DNA of 61,235 bases from Patescibacteria group bacterium. GTDB lineage: Bacteria; Patescibacteriota; Minisyncoccia; Phycocordibacterales; UBA1550. Numbering within the stretch: the stretch's first letter is position 1; each line of letters begins with the position of its first letter. This document shows, piece by piece, positions 47,287 through 54,694 of this stretch. A program made the translations under genes and the position numbers. The stretch covers positions 12,035 to 73,269 of the forward strand of contig JBBTUT010000010.1 of NCBI GenBank assembly GCA_038063615.1. Reading direction: 5' to 3'. The notes beneath the pieces are model-generated. The model did not search any database and had not been told where the DNA came from. It saw only the letters and a program-made list of their open reading frames with translations.

Positions 47287-47350
47287 ATCTCTACAGAAGC
47301 ACAACTTGTGTTATGTTTCTGATAAAGACGAGGAGCGGTATTTGCTCCTC
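47287..47350 (-). repeat. Double-hairpin module H2+H1, copy 6 (covarying stem)
   Basis: H1 atctctacagaagc...atgtttctgataaagac; H2 gaggagc-ggtattt-gctcctc. Confidence 0.65.
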
Positions 47351-47357
47351 AAGAAGT

Positions 47358-47633
47358 TCACAGAAAAAATCTTTTGTGAACCCAGCTTGCCGCCAGAACC
47401 ATTGAGACAAGCCAAAGACATGGCCCCATTATGCCCAGTATCATGAACAAAATCATGAAAACAGCCAGCCCAATAAAAGGCAATGGGAAGCCAATCCTGA
47501 AAAAGAACTCATGCCATTCAGGATCATAAAATACCATGAACGGCATACCAAAGAGGTATTTTACTGCCCTCCATCCCAAAAACACGACGGCTACAAATAC
47601 TAAAATACTTAGTAGATTCGTCATCCTCTTCAT
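47358..47633 (-). CDS. Small membrane protein (3 TM)
   Basis: 91 aa from MKRMTNLLSILVF; GGAGGTGG SD. Confidence 0.6.
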   Translation of the reverse strand: MKRMTNLLSILVFVAVVFLGWRAVKYLFGMPFMVFYDPEWHEFFFRIGFPLPFIGLAVFMILFMILGIMGPCLWLVSMVLAASWVHKRFFL

Positions 47634-48030
47634 TCTTCCACCTCCATGCGTTTCCAGTCCGCCGACCATAATTTTGGGATTCTCTTTCAAATCCCTTTCA
47701 AAAAATTCAAGTTGTTAAAATCTTTGAAAGGGAGAGGATGCGATATTTTGCATCCTCTCTGTGCAGTGTCATCTTATATCGCGTAAGATGACTTGGTTGA
47801 GACCCTCGCCTGTGACGATAGATTTTCTGATAGCTAGTCAGAATAATCACACAAGCAACCGGTACGGTCTCACCCATAGGTTTTTTTTGTGAGGTCTAAC
47901 GACCTCATTGAGTTTCCTATAACTCTCTCCGTGACGTACTTTGGGGCTGCACACCCTCCCTGTACCACAACATCTTCCAAAAAAATCATTTCAAAAAGAT
48001 GTTGTGGCGCAGGGAATTTTTAAAAGAACA

Positions 48031-48081
48031 TCTGTTTCGTCTTTTCAGACTCATCAGTCGAGATACACATCTCGAAACAGA
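48031..48081 (-). ncRNA. Type III hammerhead ribozyme (HHR-f)
   Basis: minus strand TCTGTT|TCGAGA-tgtgta-TCTCGA CTGATGA GTCT-GAAA-AGAC GAA ACAGA. Confidence 0.85.
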
Positions 48082-48300
48082 GAGCATTTTTACGCATGCT
48101 CAGTGCGGATGATATTCATTATCGGCGTTGAACTTACCGTGACAAACGCTCAAGTTTGTCAGGCAATAGGTTATTCTCATCAGCTTACCCTATTGCCACC
48201 AATTTTTACCGGACTGGCGCCGTGTCTATGATTTTGTCTCGGTTCATCAACCGGAAGGTTCTGCTCCCTTTAGGCTCTCCATTTTTTAAAACGGGGACAA
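48082..48300 (-). repeat. Module M, copy f, carrying a ~117-nt insertion (48114..48230)
   Basis: flanks match the other copies with compensatory AAGG/CCTT for AGGG/CCCT; the insert holds GGCAATAGG/CCTATTGCC and TGACAAAC/GTTTGTCA hairpins. Confidence 0.7.
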
Positions 48301-48316
48301 ATCAAACTAAGCGTCG

Positions 48317-48979
48317 TTAGTTGCCTAGCTTTTTCTCCCCAAGGAGTTTGGCAAGTATGTCTGCCCAGTCCTTCCCGTGCTGCGAGTAGGCGGTTCCAGT
48401 CCCATTGCAACGGTAGCACCCGTAGGTACCATCCTTGCCGGAGCCGGAACACTTCGCGCAGGTGCCTTGGGTCCCCTCAATACCAACCATGCCAACATAG
48501 TTAGTAAAGAGTGCCTTCGCGTTATGGAGCACGAAAATGGTGTTGTTCATCGCATCGAGCATCGCGCTCGCTGGATGATCGTGATGACCCATGTCGGTCA
48601 CCACCGCAACATACTTCGCGCCGCGAAGTGCCGCAGTGATGGCGAGTGCCCATCCAACAGACATTTCCTTCCCCACATGCTTGAGCCCCTCACCACCTTG
48701 AGTGGCCCGACCTGCTGGCATCAAGAGATCGCAGAGTACGACATCCCAATACGGAAGCCACGACTCTGCCTCAGCCTTCTTGTGTGCCGGCCATGACTCT
48801 ATCCCCTGACTCATGTACTCGGATTTAAGGGTCTTATACTTCTCATTATCCAGCTGTGGTTCAAGAAGCTCGAGCGCTTCGTCATGACTCCCCACAACCG
48901 TAAGGTCATGTAAAGCCCCAAGAACCTGCTGAGCTGAATTCTGGTGGTTTGCGCTGTCGTCGATTACTAATATTTTCAT
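48317..48979 (-). CDS. Receiver-like domain fused to CxxCxGxG zinc fingers
   Basis: 220 aa; MKILVIDDS... REC-like N-terminus; C-terminal CAKCSGSGKDGTYGCYRCNGTG. Confidence 0.7.
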   Translation of the reverse strand: MKILVIDDSANHQNSAQQVLGALHDLTVVGSHDEALELLEPQLDNEKYKTLKSEYMSQGIESWPAHKKAEAESWLPYWDVVLCDLLMPAGRATQGGEGLKHVGKEMSVGWALAITAALRGAKYVAVVTDMGHHDHPASAMLDAMNNTIFVLHNAKALFTNYVGMVGIEGTQGTCAKCSGSGKDGTYGCYRCNGTGTAYSQHGKDWADILAKLLGEKKLGN

Positions 48980-49057
48980 ATTAATCTCCTACCCCTGAAC
49001 CCGAGGTGCAGCTTGCGAAGAATTCGCATTTTTATTTATTTTATTTAAAAGAACAAA

Positions 49058-49122
49058 ATCTCTACAAGATTTCAAACACTCTGTTTAAAATCTTGATAAA
49101 GATGGCAAGTTTCTAACTTGCC
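49058..49122 (-). repeat. Double-hairpin module H2+H1, copy 2
   Basis: H1 49058..49103, H2 49104..49122. Confidence 0.75.
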
Positions 49123-49195
49123 AAAGGTTGACCTCCACCGTAGGAGTGTTCTTTAAGCAAAACACACAAAGCTCTTTTATCCACCTATTTTATTT

Positions 49196-49384
49196 TTATA
49201 TTTCCTCTCCTCCTAAAAACTTCCGCCCGTTACCGTCTGTCGTAATATCACCGATTGGATCTAGACTGAAGCCATTAAGCCTATCGAGAGAAGCTTGGCT
49301 CGCCACTGCTCCTTTTACTGCGAGAATGGCAAAAAATTTCTCGATATCCTCCACTTCTTCAACCTGCTCTTTTTTCTCGTTCAC
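49196..49384 (-). CDS. Hypothetical small acidic protein
   Basis: 62 aa from GTG 49384 with AAAGGAGGTG SD; the track ORF extends in frame into module M, taken as fortuitous. Confidence 0.45.
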   Translation of the reverse strand: MNEKKEQVEEVEDIEKFFAILAVKGAVASQASLDRLNGFSLDPIGDITTDGNGRKFLGGEEI

Positions 49385-49420
49385 TATCTTTCTCACCTCC
49401 TTTTTGTTTTTAACGGTCCC

Positions 49421-49512
49421 GACATTTTGTCTCGGTGTGTCAACCGGAGGGCTCTGCTTCCCTTTGGCTCCACATTTTATCATCAAGAAAAATGTGGATA
49501 AAAACTCTAGAC
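49421..49512 (-). repeat. Module M, copy h (subtype 2, no hammerhead attached)
   Basis: matches 50528..50626; CGGT-tgacac-ACCG replaces CGGTT-gatg-AACCG. Confidence 0.7.
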
Positions 49513-49527
49513 TATATTGATTACTTT

Positions 49528-50037
49528 CTACACAGGAGACATGTGTTTGAGAATATTCCTAGTTTTCTCTGAATAAACTTCTTTCTCAATGAATGTATTC
49601 ATCTTGTCCCTAGAGAAACGATCAATTTTAATCTTTTTTCTCAAATCAAAACTTGTCTCATTGTCTTCTAAGAAAACAAACTCTACTGCAAACCCATTGT
49701 TCTCCATCTCTGTGGCAAGATCCAGAGCGAACTCTTCCGCTTTGTTTTTTAATTCCCGCCAGTCTTCCTTGGTTGCTTCAGAATTCTCTTTTTCAGAAGC
49801 AAATATCCACCCGTCAGACACATTTACTTTAGCAAAACCAGAATGCTCTTTGCGTGAATTTTCCCTATATTTATAAGGGCCCCACGAAAATAATCCTTCT
49901 GCGCTAATTGTAACTATGTAAGCTGGGTAATATTTCCAATAACGATTTGCATCCCAATGCCAATCTCCGTGCGTACCCAAATAACCCTGAACTGTTTTTA
50001 CCACCGAAACCAGAACTTTCTTTACTCCATCCACCAT
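49528..50037 (-). CDS. Hypothetical protein
   Basis: 169 aa; GAGGAGGGGGAG SD; no motif. Confidence 0.6.
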   Translation of the reverse strand: MVDGVKKVLVSVVKTVQGYLGTHGDWHWDANRYWKYYPAYIVTISAEGLFSWGPYKYRENSRKEHSGFAKVNVSDGWIFASEKENSEATKEDWRELKNKAEEFALDLATEMENNGFAVEFVFLEDNETSFDLRKKIKIDRFSRDKMNTFIEKEVYSEKTRNILKHMSPV

Positions 50038-50088
50038 TTCTCCCCCTCCTCGTTTCGAGCCCGTCGGCTATTTTTTTGAAAGAACAAA

Positions 50089-50157
50089 TCTCTACAAGAT
50101 TTCAAACACTCTGTTTAAAATCTTGATAAAGATGAGGAGCGATGCTGCCGCTCCTCA
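50089..50157 (-). repeat. Double-hairpin module H2+H1, copy 3
   Basis: H1 50089..50134, H2 gaggagcg-atgctgc-cgctcctc. Confidence 0.75.
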
Positions 50158-50458
50158 AAGACAGATGGGAACAAGGTCCCTTTTTAATAATTTGTTTTGT
50201 CGGCGTCCCAACAAACACAAATTATCGTCAAGCATTCTGTCAAAATGCTTTCGCTGAGTTGATGCCTTCTATGGCATCTAAAGGTCTCATCAGCTTAACC
50301 TTACAACGATGGATTTCGTCAGCACCCATCCCTAATACTGGTGTCTCCTACTCCTTGCAGTAGGGATCACCTGCCAAATTTTTCCGCGACTGGACATTTG
50401 TCGCAACCTTAATCGCCTTTTAATTCAAGGGGTAAGGGACGGATTGTTGAAAGAACTT
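50158..50458 (-). ncRNA. About 300-nt hairpin-rich non-coding spacer
   Basis: no credible minus-strand ORF (the 73-aa plus-strand track ORF 50142..50363 is judged spurious); 19-bp GATAATTTGTGTTTGTTGG/CCGACAAAACAAATTATT helix, AAGCATT/AATGCTT and GATGCC/GGCATC hairpins, loop GGTtaagctgatgagACC. Confidence 0.45.
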
Positions 50459-50509
50459 TCTGTTTCGTCTTTTCAGACTCATCAGCGCAGATACGCATCT
50501 GCGGACAGA
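50459..50509 (-). ncRNA. Type III hammerhead ribozyme (HHR-g)
   Basis: minus strand TCTGTC|CGCAGA-tgcgta-TCTGCG CTGATGA GTCT-GAAA-AGAC GAA ACAGA. Confidence 0.85.
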
Positions 50510-50626
50510 GAGAACGCGGTTTTTGTCGCGGTCTCGACATTTTGTCTCGGTGTGTCAACCGGAGGGCTCTGCTTCCCTTGGGCTCCACATTTTATCATCA
50601 AGAAAAAGTGGACAAAAACTCTAGGA
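50510..50626 (-). repeat. Module M, copy g (subtype 2)
   Basis: hairpin next to the ribozyme replaced by GAGACCGCG/CGCGTTCTC; the rest matches the family. Confidence 0.7.
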
Positions 50627-50642
50627 TAGGTAGACGGGCGGC

Positions 50643-50879
50643 TTATTCCCAGCCAGACTGGAGAGGTCCGATGCGGCGCCGAGCTTTACCCTTTTCGCCC
50701 CTTAGAAGGATATAAATTCCTCCCTCGGGAGCAAGGATAAGTTGCGCCCCCTTCAGCTCCTCGTTGTGCCCCTCACTACGCCTCTCTCTAAGCTCCTTGT
50801 ATTGCCGAGCGGTGAGAGATACGCTTGAGCCGTCTTTCCCCTGAACCAAAACCTTGTCCCTGATGATTACTCTTTTCAT
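50643..50879 (-). CDS. Hypothetical small protein
   Basis: 78 aa from MKRVIIRDK; TAGGAGG SD. Confidence 0.55.
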   Translation of the reverse strand: MKRVIIRDKVLVQGKDGSSVSLTARQYKELRERRSEGHNEELKGAQLILAPEGGIYILLRGEKGKARRRIGPLQSGWE

Positions 50880-50899
50880 ACATCCTCCTAAAATTTCAG

Positions 50900-50937
50900 A
50901 ACCCACCTGCCGATTGCTCGGTTCAGGATTTACGGTT
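50900..50937 (-). promoter_or_regulatory. 5' UTR stem-loop U1, copy c
   Basis: aacccacctgccgattgctcggttcaggatttacggtt. Confidence 0.7.
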
Positions 50938-50958
50938 CATATTTTTTGAAAGAACAAA

Positions 50959-51025
50959 ATCTCTACAAGATTTCAAACACTTTGTTTAAAATCTTGATAA
51001 AGATGGGGAGCAGGTTTTGCTCCCC
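50959..51025 (-). repeat. Double-hairpin module H2+H1, copy 4
   Basis: H1 50959..51004, H2 ggggagca-ggtttt-gctcccc; followed to 51058 by a shared ccaatataattgcaaca.ccgtttcggctgagaattt segment. Confidence 0.75.
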
Positions 51026-51235
51026 AATATAATTGCAACAACCGTTTCGGCTGAGAATTTTTGAATGGGCGTTGTTTTCCTCGAGATATCAACGACCGCC
51101 CCCCCCCTTCACTTTCTCGATAAGCTAGCGCTTTTATTTTGTATCGGGAAGCGAATCCTCCGATATCAGCGGTTTCTGTTGCCATGCAATCCGCTCCCTG
51201 CCCCGTCTCCATTAAGGTGCAGTTTCCCCTAATTT

Positions 51236-51547
51236 CTATGTTTCTTTAGTATCTTCTGAAAAATGACCGCTTTCACTCTTTATGACATAAGTGAAGGTTT
51301 TGCCATTATCAGAAATACCTTTCGGAAACATCCTCCCGCGGATAAAAGTCTCGTCAAGAACTTTTCGGGGTGAGTTTTTGCCGTTAAGGACATATATAGT
51401 ATCATGCCCCGAGCCTCCGCTAGAGTTTTGTATGCCAATGACAGCAATGTCTGCGTCTTTGGCAATATACAAATCTGTGCTTGACCGGCTACTCCGAAGT
51501 CCTTCACGAACTTTTTCCGCGTGTTTTTGGAAGTCCTTACTTGCCAT
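51236..51547 (-). CDS. Hypothetical protein
   Basis: 103 aa; GAAGGAGG SD. Confidence 0.55.
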   Translation of the reverse strand: MASKDFQKHAEKVREGLRSSRSSTDLYIAKDADIAVIGIQNSSGGSGHDTIYVLNGKNSPRKVLDETFIRGRMFPKGISDNGKTFTYVIKSESGHFSEDTKET

Positions 51548-51625
51548 ATTTTTACCTCCTTCGTGTTTGAATCTGAATGAACACGGTCATTCACCGTTTG
51601 GGGTTATCCCTATGCAGTCCTTGCG

Positions 51626-51922
51626 TTAGCTGGCTTTTGCCACAGCCGGTCTTTTGTCACCCTTGCGGACGACTTTGACCTGCCGGGCAAAAGCCTCAAG
51701 GAACGGCTTCAATCTGCCGATCTCTGCATTGCGCTTGGCGACCTCGTTCAGAGACGCCCCGAGCTCATACATCGGTATGAACTTTTTCTGAGCGCGCGCC
51801 TCCTTCCCGAGGTTGTATCGGCAAGACCCGCAGATGGGCTTGACCACCCATTCACCCTTTTCCTTTTTCAAGGGAAGAGCAAACTGTGGTTTCTCCCCGC
51901 CACAAACTGTACATGTATGCAT
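51626..51922 (-). CDS. Small zinc-ribbon protein
   Basis: 98 aa from MHTCTVCGG...ICGSCRYN; first gene after the long leader. Confidence 0.6.
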   Translation of the reverse strand: MHTCTVCGGEKPQFALPLKKEKGEWVVKPICGSCRYNLGKEARAQKKFIPMYELGASLNEVAKRNAEIGRLKPFLEAFARQVKVVRKGDKRPAVAKAS

Positions 51923-51942
51923 AATAACCTCCATAATTTCAG

Positions 51943-51980
51943 AACCCCCCTGCCGATTTCTCGGTTCAGGATTTACGGTT
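51943..51980 (-). promoter_or_regulatory. 5' UTR stem-loop U1, copy d
   Basis: aacccccctgccgatttctcggttcaggatttacggtt. Confidence 0.7.
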
Positions 51981-52003
51981 CATATTTTTTTTGAAAGAAC
52001 TAA

Positions 52004-52072
52004 ATCTCTACAAGATTTCAAATTATTTCTAACTTAAAATCTTGATAAAGATGAGGAGCGGTTTTGCTCCCC
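52004..52072 (-). repeat. Double-hairpin module H2+H1, copy 5
   Basis: H1 52004..52052 (long-loop subtype as in copy 1), H2 52053..52072. Confidence 0.75.
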
Positions 52073-52578
52073 AATATAATTGCAACAGCCGTTTCGGCTG
52101 AGAATTTTCGCGTACATTTGGCATGGGCACTAACTCGTATCAATCTACCGTCTGGGGATCAACCAGATCGGTGATTGCTTACTTGCTAGTGTTTCTGTTC
52201 ACCATGCCGTTCTCTTTTTGCCAATCCACCCCGCTAAGAGTGTTGGCGCCCAGAGTCAGGACCAATAGATGCAAGGTAGGGCATCTATTACATTTCCTTA
52301 TTAAGACCTATTTTCTCGTCTCTTAATAAGGATTTCCGTCTTTCACGCCCCATGAGGACGAGGAACAGGTTGGGCTATAGCGAGCCCTCAAAACAGATTT
52401 GAATGTGCAACTTCAATCTCACGCAAACGCGAGGGACTTTGGGGCGAGAGTTTCGCCTGAAACTCCCCCGTATTGCGTGAGATCGTTAGGTTTCTTTCAA
52501 GGCACTGTTCGAGTCGCGGCCAATGTAAATAATTAAATGCCGGCTGTGGAATGTGTCACTCGCTATCAACTTAACTTT
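52073..52578 (-). ncRNA. Long structured leader RNA downstream of the 52.6-kb promoter
   Basis: no credible minus-strand ORF (the 67-aa plus-strand track ORF 52123..52326 is judged spurious); perfect hairpins CCTTATTAAGA/TCTTAATAAGG, AATAGATGC/GCATCTATT, ATCTCACGCAA/TTGCGTGAGAT, GGCATGG/CCATGCC. Confidence 0.5.
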
Positions 52579-52586
52579 CTGAGGGT

Positions 52587-52614
52587 ATTATAGCAAACCT
52601 GCAGGATTTGTCAA
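52587..52614 (-). promoter_or_regulatory. Consensus sigma-70 promoter driving the 52.6-to-46.1 kb unit
   Basis: minus strand TTGACA(52614..52609)-16 nt-TATAAT(52592..52587). Confidence 0.7.
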
Positions 52615-52761
52615 GCACTTCTGACATTTCATCTCCATCTCGTACTCAAATATGTTGTAAAATAAGGGTTTTTGCCGTTTCTTATTGTTATTTAGTTTGT
52701 ACAAAATGGCACTATGCGAACACAAAAAACAATAGTGTCAAAGTATTCTTGTTAATGGTGC

Positions 52762-52790
52762 TTGACAAAAGGAAAGCAATTTGCTACACT
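52762..52790 (+). promoter_or_regulatory. Sigma-70 promoter of a candidate plus-strand sRNA
   Basis: TTGACA-17 nt-TACACT. Confidence 0.6.
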
Positions 52791-52796
52791 CATGTT

Positions 52797-53108
52797 AGAA
52801 AGGTTTGGATTGTCCAAATCTAGGGCTTCTAAAAAGGAGGTGACCCATGCACGGATAACTCTCCACCAAAAGGTTCTCGACAAGAGATTCTTTTGATGGA
52901 GGGTTCTCTGCAAGCAATGGTAAGCCGAATGGACAGAATACCCAAAAAAGAAAGGAGGTGGGACAGATGTGGGGTTAGAGAATGAAAAAAAGCAATTTTT
53001 TTTGCGGTAGGTAAAGTTGGCGCTTTGCAAGTTAGCATAGCTAACACGAAAGCGCCGAAGTAGGTAGCGCCGAGTCGGGGATATTCTATTCCCCGGCTTT
53101 TTTTTGTT
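52797..53108 (+). ncRNA. Candidate ~300-nt sRNA with two perfect SD sequences followed by 3-codon mini-ORFs
   Basis: AAAAAGGAGGTGaccc-ATG CAC GGA TAA (52847..52858); AAAGGAGGTGggacag-ATG TGG GGT TAG (52967..52978); ends at GTCGGGGA-tattcta-TCCCCGGC + T8, which overlaps the 3' end of the convergent TrmB-like gene. Confidence 0.45.
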
Positions 53109-53865
53109 CTTTTTGTGCCTGAGCCCCTATTTTTGCGAGCTTTATTAAAGTTTTGAGAGTATCCGCGACATCTCGGCTTTGGATGAAGATGCTGGAAATA
53201 CGCTTGCCGAGCGTTACAAACTGAACACGGTCTTCATATACGGAAAGGTCACATTTGATAGGAAAATCTTTTGCGTCGACGCGAGTTCGGTCACTCAAGC
53301 TATCACTTGGCAATTCTTGTTTTGAATAATTGTAAACTGAAACAGCTTTGATCTTTCGCGCGGGACGATCTTTTGCAATGGTCTCTATTTCTCTTTGCGA
53401 AAAAGCTTCTTCTATCAGGTCGCGGTTGAACGCAAAATACCCCGTGTCTTCTTTGGATTCGTTCCCGGACGGAAAGAATGCGAGACTATCATGAAATGCC
53501 GCCTCTTTGCCATCAAAATATTTAAGGACCGGTCGTTCCCCTAGCTCTCGTTGAACACTCTTCATTTGCGGAATGATGTCTTTGAGGCGCTTCGCCGTCT
53601 CTCCGAGGATAAGCTGCTGCCTCTCCACAAAAGTCTCCAACCTCTCCGGCGGCTCCGCCGCATAATGCGTCTTCTTCCCAATCTCAACCTCTGAAACCAA
53701 TCCTTTTTTCGCAAGTGTTTCAAGCACAACATACACCGTAGGGCGTTTGATCTTTGTCTTCTCGGCAATGTCCACAACAGAAGCAGAGTCCACCTGCAAA
53801 AGCGCCAAATACACCCCCGCCTCCTTTTCATTCAACCCGATCTCTTGGAGATATTTTTCAAGCAT
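53086..53865 (-). CDS. TrmB-family transcriptional regulator
   Basis: 259 aa; MLEKYLQEIGLNEKEAGVYLALLQ... wHTH. Confidence 0.8.
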   Translation of the reverse strand: MLEKYLQEIGLNEKEAGVYLALLQVDSASVVDIAEKTKIKRPTVYVVLETLAKKGLVSEVEIGKKTHYAAEPPERLETFVERQQLILGETAKRLKDIIPQMKSVQRELGERPVLKYFDGKEAAFHDSLAFFPSGNESKEDTGYFAFNRDLIEEAFSQREIETIAKDRPARKIKAVSVYNYSKQELPSDSLSDRTRVDAKDFPIKCDLSVYEDRVQFVTLGKRISSIFIQSRDVADTLKTLIKLAKIGAQAQKEQKKAGE

Positions 53866-53872
53866 AAAATTA

Positions 53873-54694
53873 TTATTTTAATTTCTTCATTGTCGGATTA
53901 TTTGAAAGTGATTTCATTTGAGTTATTGCTATCGCATTTAGTCTCAGAAGTCTCTCTTTTTGCTCCAAACCTTGGCGGATAAATTCTGCGTTTAACGATT
54001 CGAGGTTTGCCAAGCACACGAGCTGTGTCACATCCGCATAGTCACGCATATTCCCCTCTTTGTTTTTATTTTTTGACTTCCAGTCTTGTGCGGCTATGCC
54101 AAACAAAGCCATATTCAAAACATCCGCCTCGTTTGCATATACAATCGTGGCGTCTTTAACAGACAATTTTTGTGGCAATACGATATTTTCTTTTATGGAA
54201 TCCGTATGGATTTTATAATTGATTTTGGTGAGCATCCGCTTTGCATCCCAGCCCAAAATAAGCCTCTCGTTTTCCTCTACTTTGAGCCTCTGGAATTCTT
54301 TGATCAAATACAACTTAAACTCCGGAGATATCCATGTGGCAAATTCAAAAGCAATATCTTTATGTGCAAAAGTTCCTCCCCCGTAGCGCCCTGATTTATT
54401 TATCATTCCAACAGCCCCCACTGCCTCAATCCACCTCTTTGGCGTAAGGGAAAAGCTGTTGGAGCCGGCTTTGTTTTTAAACCCATCGAATTCGATGGGT
54501 TTAAAATTTTGGTTGTTTATCTTCTCCCAAATGCCCAAAAATTCAACGGTGTCCATCGTACGCATCCAGTTTTGGATGATATAATCGGTCCTTTCACTGT
54601 CTTTATATTTTGCAATATCAGTCAACGAAATATAATCATTTTCGTTCCGCTGAAATGTATATATTTGTAACCCCCGTGCATTTATTTTTTTCAT
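53873..54694 (-). CDS. KilA-N domain-containing protein
   Basis: 273 aa; N-terminal pattern ([11 protein letters not shown]..., [29 protein letters not shown]) typical of KilA-N. Confidence 0.7.
   Translation of the reverse strand: MKKINARGLQIYTFQRNENDYISLTDIAKYKDSERTDYIIQNWMRTMDTVEFLGIWEKINNQNFKPIEFDGFKNKAGSNSFSLTPKRWIEAVGAVGMINKSGRYGGGTFAHKDIAFEFATWISPEFKLYLIKEFQRLKVEENERLILGWDAKRMLTKINYKIHTDSIKENIVLPQKLSVKDATIVYANEADVLNMALFGIAAQDWKSKNKNKEGNMRDYADVTQLVCLANLESLNAEFIRQGLEQKERLLRLNAIAITQMKSLSNNPTMKKLK

Noticed and set aside
48150-48215. Extra CUGAUGAG occurrences (48178..48185 and 50288..50295, plus-strand coordinates) as further hammerheads
   Set aside because: No stem II plus GAAA plus stem III arrangement, and no NUH site with a pairing stem I, could be built in any of the three topologies.
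37467-50629. Plus-strand track ORFs that repeat the peptide ...LCFP(W/L)APHFIIKKKWTKTLG (37467..37679, 38935..39225, 41028..41234, 49295..49501, 50444..50629)
   Set aside because: They are translations of module M and the hammerhead on the wrong strand. Their starts, frames and stops differ between copies, they have no SD, and flanking genes and the ribozyme polarity are on the minus strand.
50973-51212. 79-aa minus-strand ORF
   Set aside because: Its C-terminal half is read across H2+H1 copy 4 and the shared segment also present (non-coding, different frame) at 52053..52110. It has no SD.
36000-52600. CRISPR array as an explanation for the regularly repeated intergenic sequences
   Set aside because: The repeats are 50-130 nt, highly structured and of several families. 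The supposed spacers are 200-700-nt protein-coding genes with SDs, and there are no cas genes.
36000-52600. Integron-like cassette array, with module M as attC
   Set aside because: The layout of small same-strand ORFs each followed by a conserved ~120-nt repeat looks similar. I could not find RYYYAAC/GTTRRRY core sites at the module ends or an intI-type integrase next to the array, and several internal promoters and terminators are present. This is not formally excluded without an attC covariance-model search.
52123-53047. Track ORFs 52123..52326 (+), 52608..52823 (+), 52752..53030 (-) and 52829..53047 (-)
   Set aside because: They lie in hairpin-dense leader, promoter or sRNA regions, lack SDs and have low-complexity or repeat-derived translations.
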